Below, one piece after another: positions 18,830-26,013 of a stretch of DNA of 29,723 bases; position 1 is the stretch's first letter, and every line of letters begins with the position of its first letter. The position numbers and the translations under genes are program-made. Source of the stretch: a virus (Duplodnaviria; Caudoviricetes); the IMG/VR virus record IMGVR_UViG_3300037311_000289, positions 1-29,723 of that record, one strand, 5' to 3'. Under the pieces are notes generated by a model. It was not told the origin of the DNA and searched no databases. It worked only from the letters and a program-made list of their open reading frames with translations.

Positions 18830-18856
18830 ATCATGCGGTCGCGCGCGGTCGGTTAA
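18830..18856 (-). promoter_or_regulatory. Putative late promoter motif TTAACC-N15-CATGAT upstream of the capsid leader
   Basis: One of four same-strand copies with identical spacing. Confidence 0.55.
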
Positions 18857-19740
18857 GCGCGCGGCGCGTCGCCGTAGAGCCGCTTGAGGCGGCGATCGAC
18901 CTCGGCGCGGTAGGCCGGATCGAATTTCGGCGACGTGCTGCGGTAGCGCGGATCCTGCATGGCCGCATCGAGACCCTGCTCGCTGTCGGCCGTGGCGGTG
19001 CCGCCCATGGCCAGCGGCGCTTCCTGCGTCAGTCGACCAAGCAGCTCGAACACGGCGTGCCCGTGCCGCGTGTCGCCGAGCGTGAGGAGCGCATCCACGG
19101 CTTCGCGCGGCAGCAGCTGACGCGCCTCGAGCGCCTTAACCGCGGCGATGTTGTCGGCGATCCGCCGATCGGCCATCTTGAGCTGCTCGTCTGGCGGCAG
19201 GCCGCGCGCCGTGTCCGGAACCAACGCCTGGCGTTCAGCAGCGATGTCGACGGATGGCTCGACCACGTTCATGTCGATCAGCCAGCCCATCAGCTCGTTC
19301 AGCGCCAGCGGGGCCTGCTTCTCGCGCAGCCCGGCTTTGTGAAGCGCCGCAAGCGCGCCTTGCACCAGCGCGTTGTCGCCGTCGGCGACGAGATACTCTT
19401 TCACCTTGTCGTTGGGCTCGAACGTGTAGCCGGTCGGATCCTTGGGCACTTCGCCGAACTGGGCGATATCGGCGCGCGCGCCCTGATACGCGCGCAAGAT
19501 GCGGTCGATGGTTTCCTGATCGCTTTGGCCGGCGAAGTGCGCCGGCAGATCCTTGGGACGATACGGCCCGGGCGTCGACTGCGCGGCGGCGGCGTCGGCC
19601 CCGCCGCCGGTGATGGCGGCGGGGCCTGCGCCGTCCGGAGACGAGCCGGACGGCTTGCCGCCAGGGTCGCTGGAGCGCGACCGGGCGGAAGTGGTTGCGG
19701 TGGCGTCGACAGACGAGGTGGCGGCGGCGGACGTGCTCAT
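18853..19740 (-). CDS. Capsid scaffolding/assembly protein (295 aa)
   Basis: GAGGAG RBS before ATG 19740; disordered N-terminus, VPKDPTGY motif and C-terminal MQDPRY...DPAYRAEV...LYG typical of podovirus scaffolds. Confidence 0.78.
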   Translation of the reverse strand: MSTSAAATSSVDATATTSARSRSSDPGGKPSGSSPDGAGPAAITGGGADAAAAQSTPGPYRPKDLPAHFAGQSDQETIDRILRAYQGARADIAQFGEVPKDPTGYTFEPNDKVKEYLVADGDNALVQGALAALHKAGLREKQAPLALNELMGWLIDMNVVEPSVDIAAERQALVPDTARGLPPDEQLKMADRRIADNIAAVKALEARQLLPREAVDALLTLGDTRHGHAVFELLGRLTQEAPLAMGGTATADSEQGLDAAMQDPRYRSTSPKFDPAYRAEVDRRLKRLYGDAPRA

Positions 19741-19760
19741 GGGCTCCTCATGAGGGTTGG

Positions 19761-20117
19761 TTACTGTGGATCTTGGCCGAGCCCGGCATGCGCCAGCTTG
19801 GCGAGATAGAGAACGAGGGCATTCTCGCCTTCGCGCTTGCACGCCAGCGGGTAGAGCGTGACCGGGTCGCGAGCGAGCTCGGGCATGACGAGGGGCCGGC
19901 GCACCGTCACATCGAACAGATGTTCGAGGACTTTCCGGCCTTCGGGCGTCGAGAACACCTGCGCGGCGGCGCGCGCCACGTCGTCGCGACGCGACGGTCT
20001 GATCTGCGGTTGGTCCGCCAGCAGATGTTCGAAGCCAGGCAGCCGCATGTCGGCCGCTGCGCGCAACATGGCGTCGATCGGCATTTGCGCGCGGGGGTCG
20101 TCGAAGAGAACGCTCAC
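19761..20117 (-). CDS. Conserved phage protein between portal and scaffold (Bbp19-like, 118 aa)
   Basis: FSTPEGRKVLEHL...REGENALV motif; GTG start overlaps the portal stop. Confidence 0.68.
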   Translation of the reverse strand: MSVLFDDPRAQMPIDAMLRAAADMRLPGFEHLLADQPQIRPSRRDDVARAAAQVFSTPEGRKVLEHLFDVTVRRPLVMPELARDPVTLYPLACKREGENALVLYLAKLAHAGLGQDPQ

Positions 20118-21685
20118 GACGGTTGCTCCATCTCGGATGCCGCGCGCGCCATGTCGGTCAGCGCCGGCGCGGCTTCGACCATCTGCTGGGCGGCCGCTTG
20201 CTGCTGCATGGCCTGTCGCACCTGGGCGGCCTCGGCCGCCGTGTTGAGGTCTTCGGCGCGCACGCCCATGGCATGGCCGACGCGGGTGAGGACGTCGGGC
20301 CGGAAATACACCTGAAGCGCCTGCGGGCCTTCCGTCATGAGAACGAGCTGCATGAAATCCGTGGTCGCGGTCAGATGGTCGGCGCGCAGCGCCGCGGCCA
20401 ACGGCGACAGGATTTCGATCTGCATCAGAAGCGGATCGATTTCGATCGCCTTGTCGATGATGCCCTTGCGATGCGCGACCTCGATCACGCGCTGGACCAC
20501 GGCGGCGACCAGCTCGTTGATCAACCGGCTGAACGCGCCGATGTAGCTTTTCTGCAGCCGACGCTGCCGTGCGACGATCTCGGTCGCCGATTTCGGCGTC
20601 GCGCCGGCGTCGGGGATCCGGTCGTCGTACATGCCGGCCTGCACCTGCAGACGCATGTCCTCAAGGACTAGGTTGCCGACGTCGAGCCGCCCGGCGGACA
20701 CGTCGAGGCGCGCCACGTCCGCGCCCATGACGCCGCCGGTGGCGGACATCGGCCAGAACGCGCCAGGCTGCAGGCGCACCGTGTCCGGATTGAACGCGCC
20801 GCCCGCGCGATAGCCCCAGATGCCCAGAAGCTGCACCGCTGCCGCCTTCAGCGTGTATTCCTGCGTCTTGTTCAGCGTCTTTATGGTCGGCAGGTTGAGA
20901 AGCAGCGGGCCGCGCCCGTAGGCTTCGCCCGGTACGCGATGATATCGACCGATGATCATCGGGCACGTCTTGTAGACGGCGGTCGCAATCGGCTCTTTGC
21001 TGTCGTCGAGATAGGCGGTCATGTCCCACACGCCGCCCGGGCGACGGGTGAACTGCTGATGCAGCGTAACTTCGTTGCCTTGGTCTTTCTCGTCTTCGAA
21101 CCCTTTCGGGTATTTGCCCTCTGGCCACGTCTGACGGATGGCCCGCCTGCTCTGCGCGGTGCGCCAGAAGATGCCGTCGATGTCGTTCATGCCCCCAAGA
21201 TCGATGGCGACTTCGTCGAACGGCACGGTGACGAAGCGCACCGGCCGACGCGCGTCGCCCGGCATGATCAGCATGGCCGCGGTTCCAGCGGCTAGGTCGA
21301 GGCAGAATTCGTGCGTGGCCTGGTCCCACTCGCCGCCGTTGAAGATCATGTGCAGTACGTCCGACACGCGCTCGAGGACGCGCGTCAGCTCGTCGGTTTG
21401 GTCTTCCGGCAGCTGCATGGCGACGATCGGGCTGGGCCGAAGCTTGAAAAACGGTTGGCCCGGCGGAAACAGGTCTTGCTGCAGCTGACCGGCGAACCGG
21501 AACGCGCTGACGATGGCCGTGTTGTCGAACACCTTCTCGACGCGTTCCTGGCCGCGGCCGACGCGGGCGGATGGGCGGCGGTACGGTATGCCGTACTCGT
21601 ACGCCTCGTCGTATAGCCGCTGCCACAGATCGCGCTCGGCCCAGGCGCGCGCCGCGCGCGACTTCAGATCGTTCAGGCTGTCCAT
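20114..21685 (-). CDS. Portal (head-tail connector) protein (523 aa)
   Basis: FDNTA, LFPPGQPFF, GEAYGRGP and SATEI motifs of T7-type head-tail connectors. Confidence 0.92.
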   Translation of the reverse strand: MDSLNDLKSRAARAWAERDLWQRLYDEAYEYGIPYRRPSARVGRGQERVEKVFDNTAIVSAFRFAGQLQQDLFPPGQPFFKLRPSPIVAMQLPEDQTDELTRVLERVSDVLHMIFNGGEWDQATHEFCLDLAAGTAAMLIMPGDARRPVRFVTVPFDEVAIDLGGMNDIDGIFWRTAQSRRAIRQTWPEGKYPKGFEDEKDQGNEVTLHQQFTRRPGGVWDMTAYLDDSKEPIATAVYKTCPMIIGRYHRVPGEAYGRGPLLLNLPTIKTLNKTQEYTLKAAAVQLLGIWGYRAGGAFNPDTVRLQPGAFWPMSATGGVMGADVARLDVSAGRLDVGNLVLEDMRLQVQAGMYDDRIPDAGATPKSATEIVARQRRLQKSYIGAFSRLINELVAAVVQRVIEVAHRKGIIDKAIEIDPLLMQIEILSPLAAALRADHLTATTDFMQLVLMTEGPQALQVYFRPDVLTRVGHAMGVRAEDLNTAAEAAQVRQAMQQQAAAQQMVEAAPALTDMARAASEMEQPS

Positions 21686-21691
21686 GCGCGG

Positions 21692-21934
21692 TCAGCCGCC
21701 GCCAAGCGTCTCACGGCGATCGTCGCCGCCGGCGAGCAACAGACGCCGCCCGCGCGCGGCGCGCCGGGCGCGACCCGCGCCTTGATCGGCTTGGGCCTCC
21801 TGCCGCTGCGCATCGGCGCGCTGCCGGGCCAGCTCGACGGCCTGCAGCTCGCGCGCCCGGCTTTGTTCGCGGCGCGCGCGCTTGTCGCCGCCGCCGCCGA
21901 ACAGACCGCCGATGCCTTGGATGAGATTACCCAC
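21692..21934 (-). CDS. Small virion-associated protein (80 aa)
   Basis: GTG start with GGGAG RBS; MGNLIQGIGGLFGG N-terminus, charged helix, RGRRLLL...TLG C-terminus, as commonly seen just before podovirus portals. Confidence 0.6.
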   Translation of the reverse strand: MGNLIQGIGGLFGGGGDKRARREQSRARELQAVELARQRADAQRQEAQADQGAGRARRAARGRRLLLAGGDDRRETLGGG

Positions 21935-22349
21935 CGCGCCACTCCCATCGCTCGCTGCGGCCGTCGTCGCCGGCAAAAGCCAAGCCGACCAGCTGCGCCA
22001 TCCGTCGTCCCGGCACGTGCCCTTGCGCCACATGGGCGCGGATGCCGACCGGCTGATCTTGCGCCAGCCTCGCCAGGGTTAACCGCGCCAACGACCGCAG
22101 CCGCAGCAGCACGGCCGCAGGCGGCGCCGGGCGGATCATGAGCCAGAGCTCGAACCAGCGCACGGCGTCGGCGGAGCCCAGCGGGTAGAACCCGACGACG
22201 GCCTGCAGCCTCTCGTCGAGCTCGAGCGCGATGCTTTCCGATCGCGCAAACTGCAGCATCAGGACGCGCGCCGTCGCGCGCGGGACCATCGGCCCGACGC
22301 GCAGCAACGTGAGAAGATCGGCGACCGTCGCCTCGCGCGCCTCGATCAC
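21927..22349 (-). CDS. Hypothetical protein, possibly GNAT-fold (140 aa)
   Basis: GTG overlaps the terminase stop; AVVGFYP..ELWLM and GRRMAQLVGLAF resemble degenerate GNAT elements. Confidence 0.5.
   Translation of the reverse strand: MIEAREATVADLLTLLRVGPMVPRATARVLMLQFARSESIALELDERLQAVVGFYPLGSADAVRWFELWLMIRPAPPAAVLLRLRSLARLTLARLAQDQPVGIRAHVAQGHVPGRRMAQLVGLAFAGDDGRSERWEWRGG
22056..22082 (-). promoter_or_regulatory. Putative late promoter motif TTAACC-N15-CAAGAT inside the GNAT-like gene, upstream of the portal block
   Basis: One of four same-strand copies with identical spacing. Confidence 0.45.
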
Positions 22350-23971
22350 GGCAGGTTCCAGTCCATGCCGCCGCTGCCTTGGCGGACCCCGGCGCGCATG
22401 GGCGCGCGAGCGCGGTTGCCTTGCGCCAGCGCGCTGATTGTGCCCGCCAACCCGAAAACGCCGAGAACGCCGTACTGCAACGCTTCGGCCGCCGTGCCTG
22501 CGAAATTCTTTATCGGCTGAGGATCGTAGGTTCCGTCGTGACGGCGACCGTATCGATATTCGCCGCCTAGCGCATCGATCAGCACCCGGCATCGCGCGTC
22601 GATAATCAATCTGGGCTTTCCGACCGACACGAACTTACCCATTAGCACGCCGAGACTTTCGCGACGCGGCGTGAATTCGTTGGTCGGGGCGGGCATGACA
22701 CGGTGACCGATGGCTTGGCTGACGATATCCGCCCACGCCAGAGTGCCGTATTGGCGATCGCCGCCCGTGAACCCCGACGGATCGCAGCACAGCTGACCGA
22801 GCGGCAGCTGCCGAAACCGCATCGACAGCTTTGGCACCAGAGCGTCCAGAAACCGTTCGACGCCGGTTCCGGGCTGGGCGATGCACTCGTCGAGCACGCG
22901 GACTTGGCCGTCGGCCGCGACCTGGAACAGCACGGCGCCGGGCGATCCGGCCGATCCGCCGGCGCCGCCCTGGTCGAAGCCGATATGCAGCGGCAAACCG
23001 CCGATCGGCTCGAGCGGCTGCGCGGCGACGTTCAGCGCCTCGTCGAACTCGTCGTCGTAGACCGGAAGACCGTCCTTTACCCGACCCGGCAGCCCGTGCA
23101 CCATGCGCCGCGCTATGTCTTTGGGCAGCGTTTGCGCTTCGATCTCGTATTCGCTGCGGCTTTTGCCGGCCCTGTTCTCGGCAGCCGCTTCCAAGCCGCC
23201 GGGCTGCCGGAAGAAATTTACCGTCTTTCGCTCGGTTTCAGGGTTGAAATCTTCGCGGAAGCTTCCGCGCAGGCACGCCTGATAGAGCGGATGTTTCGGG
23301 GCGGGCGGGTTGAAATCGAGAAACGCCACGCGCGGCCGCACCGTGCCTTCGGGCAGCATGGGCAGCGCGGGATAGCGCGCCGTGCGCGAGAAAAAGAATG
23401 GTATGGCGTCGACCGGCACGCCGTCGGCTTCCGTCGCCCACGCCCAGCTGGTTTCGTAGCTTTTGAACAGCAACTCGTAATTGACGTCGGCGATGGCGAA
23501 GAACTCGACGCGAAGGTCGACGGGCACGATGCGGTTCACGCCGTCGATCGTGCGCACGGTCGACAGCGACAATACGTGCACGGCCGGGCGATCTTGCCCA
23601 CCGCTGAAAACCCCTGCTTCCATTTCCGGCGGAAAGATTTCGAACCAGCTCTGCAGCGTGGTGCGATAGAGCGACCTGTAGTTGTCGCGCACGACGGTGC
23701 CTTTGACGCGGATGCGGCCGTCGCGGCAGATGGGCATGGTGGCGAGCGAAAACCGGATGCCTTTCCAGGCGCTCGCTACGGTTTTGCCCGACCCGCCCGG
23801 CCCCATGATGGCGTCGATCGGACCTTGCGACTGGATATAGGCCGCGCCAATGGGGCCCGGCGGCGTGTATCGACCGAGCTGCCATTTCGGCGCGCGCGGC
23901 AGCTCGAACTCGCACAACGTCTGCAGCTGCTGGCGCGACAGAACGTTCACGCCATCGAGCAGGTCGCTCAT
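22346..23971 (-). CDS. terL: Terminase large subunit (541 aa)
   Basis: Walker A GPGGSGKT, VVRDNY, Walker-B-like WAWATEAD, DFNPP coupling motif, nuclease motifs IGFDQG, CDPSG and EALQY. Confidence 0.92.
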   Translation of the reverse strand: MSDLLDGVNVLSRQQLQTLCEFELPRAPKWQLGRYTPPGPIGAAYIQSQGPIDAIMGPGGSGKTVASAWKGIRFSLATMPICRDGRIRVKGTVVRDNYRSLYRTTLQSWFEIFPPEMEAGVFSGGQDRPAVHVLSLSTVRTIDGVNRIVPVDLRVEFFAIADVNYELLFKSYETSWAWATEADGVPVDAIPFFFSRTARYPALPMLPEGTVRPRVAFLDFNPPAPKHPLYQACLRGSFREDFNPETERKTVNFFRQPGGLEAAAENRAGKSRSEYEIEAQTLPKDIARRMVHGLPGRVKDGLPVYDDEFDEALNVAAQPLEPIGGLPLHIGFDQGGAGGSAGSPGAVLFQVAADGQVRVLDECIAQPGTGVERFLDALVPKLSMRFRQLPLGQLCCDPSGFTGGDRQYGTLAWADIVSQAIGHRVMPAPTNEFTPRRESLGVLMGKFVSVGKPRLIIDARCRVLIDALGGEYRYGRRHDGTYDPQPIKNFAGTAAEALQYGVLGVFGLAGTISALAQGNRARAPMRAGVRQGSGGMDWNLP

Positions 23972-24194
23972 GACGCCCCACCCCTTCGCGCGCGGGCGCG
24001 CCCTGACCCGCTGGCGCGCTGTTTTTCGTTTCCGGCCGTGGGTGTGAGACGGTAGGGGAGTGGGGAGGTCGGCGCGCGCGCGTTTTGACCCCCCGCCGGC
24101 CGGCAGGCAGGCCGGCGTCGAGGCCAAGGGGAGGGGTCGAGCGCACGCCCCAGCCGGCCGGCCGACGGCCCGCACCTGGCGCGACGCGCATGCG

Positions 24195-24223
24195 GCGTCT
24201 GCTGATTTTCAATCAGCAGACGC
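24195..24223. repeat. Perfect 13-bp inverted repeat over the small-terminase stop codon
   Basis: GCGTCTGCTGATT-TTC-AATCAGCAGACGC. Confidence 0.85.
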
Positions 24224-24844
24224 AACGCTGGAAACCTTCGAAAGATCAACGACTTGTTGTGCATCGATGGTGACCGCATCGTGCGACGGATCGCGGCTGA
24301 TGTCGCCAAGATGTTGATTTGAAACGGTTTTCTGCGCGACTAGGTCGCCGATCACGATCAGCTGCCGCGGCCCGTCCGCCTTGACGTAAACCTGCGCCGG
24401 CAGGCGCTGATGGAAGTACGGGAGAAGCTCGGCCGCGGCCGCGCGCTGGATCTTGAGCACCTCGAGCGCCGCCTCGAACCCAGGCGCTTTGTCGAGCGGC
24501 CGGCCCGCAAGCTCCGCCGCAAGCTCGCGCGTATCTGCCGACACCAGCGCCGCCAGGAACTCCGCCGGGTCGCGATACCCGCGCGCCATCAGCCACCGCT
24601 GGAGCATCAGCGTCGATCGGTTGGGCGATCCCGGCGGTCGCCCGGCGCGCCTGGGCGTCGGCACGGCATGCCGCGCGAACGCCTCGGCCTCGCCGTCGAG
24701 CTCGGCAAACAGCCCGCCGTCCGGGTCGCGCGCGCCGCCGGGCGCGCCCGTGTGTGCGCCACGTTCCGCCCCGATTTCGGGCTTTCCGGCCTGTTGCGCC
24801 AAGCTCGCCGCCAGCGCCCCGACCACCGTGTCGTCGCGATGCAT
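24209..24844 (-). CDS. Terminase small subunit-like protein (start uncertain, 24844 preferred over 24931)
   Basis: GRPPGSPNR, DPAEFL and AAAELLPYFHQRLP motifs; lies upstream of terL; GGGGA before ATG 24844. Confidence 0.7.
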   Translation of the reverse strand: MHRDDTVVGALAASLAQQAGKPEIGAERGAHTGAPGGARDPDGGLFAELDGEAEAFARHAVPTPRRAGRPPGSPNRSTLMLQRWLMARGYRDPAEFLAALVSADTRELAAELAGRPLDKAPGFEAALEVLKIQRAAAAELLPYFHQRLPAQVYVKADGPRQLIVIGDLVAQKTVSNQHLGDISRDPSHDAVTIDAQQVVDLSKVSSVASAD

Positions 24845-24866
24845 CGCAAATCCCCGATTTCCAATC

Positions 24867-24893
24867 ATCATCGCCGCGCGGCGCGGTCGTTCA
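24867..24893 (-). promoter_or_regulatory. Degenerate late promoter motif TGAACG-N15-GATGAT upstream of the small terminase
   Basis: Same spacing as the other three copies, with one change in each box. Confidence 0.4.
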
Positions 24894-24930
24894 CCGGGCG
24901 CGCCGCCTGCATTTAGTGCGATTTCGAACA

Positions 24931-25146
24931 TCCTAACCGCGTCCTAACCGCGTCCTAACCGTAAAACTGCTGAAAAATCATGCTGTTATCTTAAAAGTTA
25001 GGAAGTTAGGAGGTTAGGGCTATTCCTATCGTGCGCGCGCGCACGTGAGGACGATTGGCCTAACCGCCTAACCATCCTAACCGCGTTGATTTCGTTGATG
25101 AATTTCGGTTAGGGCGCAAATCGCCAATCCTAACCGTCCTAACCGT
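24931..25146. repeat. Cluster of 12 CCTAAC(C/T) repeats in both orientations around a 16-bp palindrome; probable replication origin
   Basis: Plus-strand copies start at 24932, 24943, 24954, 25059, 25067, 25076, 25129, 25138; inverted copies at 24996, 25004, 25012, 25107; palindrome CGTGCGCGCGCGCACG at 25030-25045; AT-rich spacers. Confidence 0.8.
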
Positions 25147-25275
25147 CGCCCCTCGCTCGTCCGAGCGCGCTGACGTTCAGTTGAGCATGCGCTACGTTGG
25201 CGTCCGTCAATCGCGCGCATCGGAAAATCGTGATGCTCCAATGGGAACGGGAACTCCGCGATGCCCGCGCCGCGC

Positions 25276-25740
25276 TAGAACGGAATCCGATCACGTTGCA
25301 TCATATCCTGCCGCGCTGAAGTAGTTGACGCATTCGGCGGGCGGGAACAGGTCGAGGATGCGTCCGATTGCGCCCCACAGACCGCCGATGGTTCGCTCGG
25401 TGGCTTTTCTCAGCAGCGCCTTGAGTTTGGCGAAGGCGTTCTCGATGGGGTTGAAGTCTGGGCTGTAGGGCGGGAGGTAGCGCAGGTCCGCCCCTGCCGC
25501 TTCGATCATCTGGCGCACGCGCGGGCCTTTGTGGCTGGACAGGTTGTCCATGACGACGATGTCGCCGGGCCGCAGCTCCGGGACCAGCACCTTGGCGACA
25601 TAGGTCTCGAACGCGTCGCGGTTGATCGGCCCGTCGAGCACCCATGGCGCGATGAAGCCGCGCAGGGTCAGCGCGCCGATGAAGGTCGTGGTCTTCCAGT
25701 GTCCATGCGGGACACCGACCCGAAGCCGCTCGCCGCGCCG
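25276..25740 (-). mobile_element. Truncated IS630-family element (3' half with right end)
   Basis: Terminal TAGAACGGAATCCGATCA at a CTAG/TA site just past the transposase stop; transposase similarity ends abruptly near 25740. Confidence 0.88.
25291..25740 (-). pseudogene. IS630 DDE transposase C-terminal fragment
   Basis: GERLRVGVPHGHWKTTTF, VVMDNLSSHK and LPPYSPDFNPIE are present; the HTH region and first catalytic Asp are missing. Confidence 0.9.
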
Positions 25741-25994
25741 GTCGCACGGTTCATGCCCTCGATGAAGGCCGCGTTGATCTCCGGCCCCATGCCGGCCGGC
25801 GCGATGAGCGTCAGCGAGGCGACGAGATCGGGCCGACGCTCCGCCAGAAGCGCGCCGATCGCCCCGCCGAGCGAATGCGCGACGACGTGGACGCCCTCCG
25901 GCGCGACGCGGGCGATGGTGCCGGCCAGCGCGTCGGCCATGGCCTCCGCGCTGTCGGCCGGGACGGCGTCCGTTGAAAGTGATGCGATGACCAC
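25741..25994 (-). pseudogene. Internal fragment of an alpha/beta hydrolase (AcoC C-terminal-domain-like)
   Basis: VHVVAHSLGGAIG nucleophile elbow and VASLTLIAPAGMGPEIN; lacks N-terminal strands and the catalytic Asp/His; the frame runs into IS sequence and stops at 25668. Confidence 0.75.
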
Positions 25995-26013
25995 GGACGC
26001 CGTCGCATCGTGA

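Noticed and set aside
24931-25146. CRISPR array or eukaryotic TTAGG telomere contamination
   Set aside because: Units are 7-11 bp, in mixed orientation, without spacers of CRISPR length or cas genes, and sit inside continuous phage sequence.
25668-25994. Functional 108-aa hydrolase moron
   Set aside because: Lacks most of the fold and the catalytic Asp/His; its C-terminus is out-of-frame IS630 sequence.
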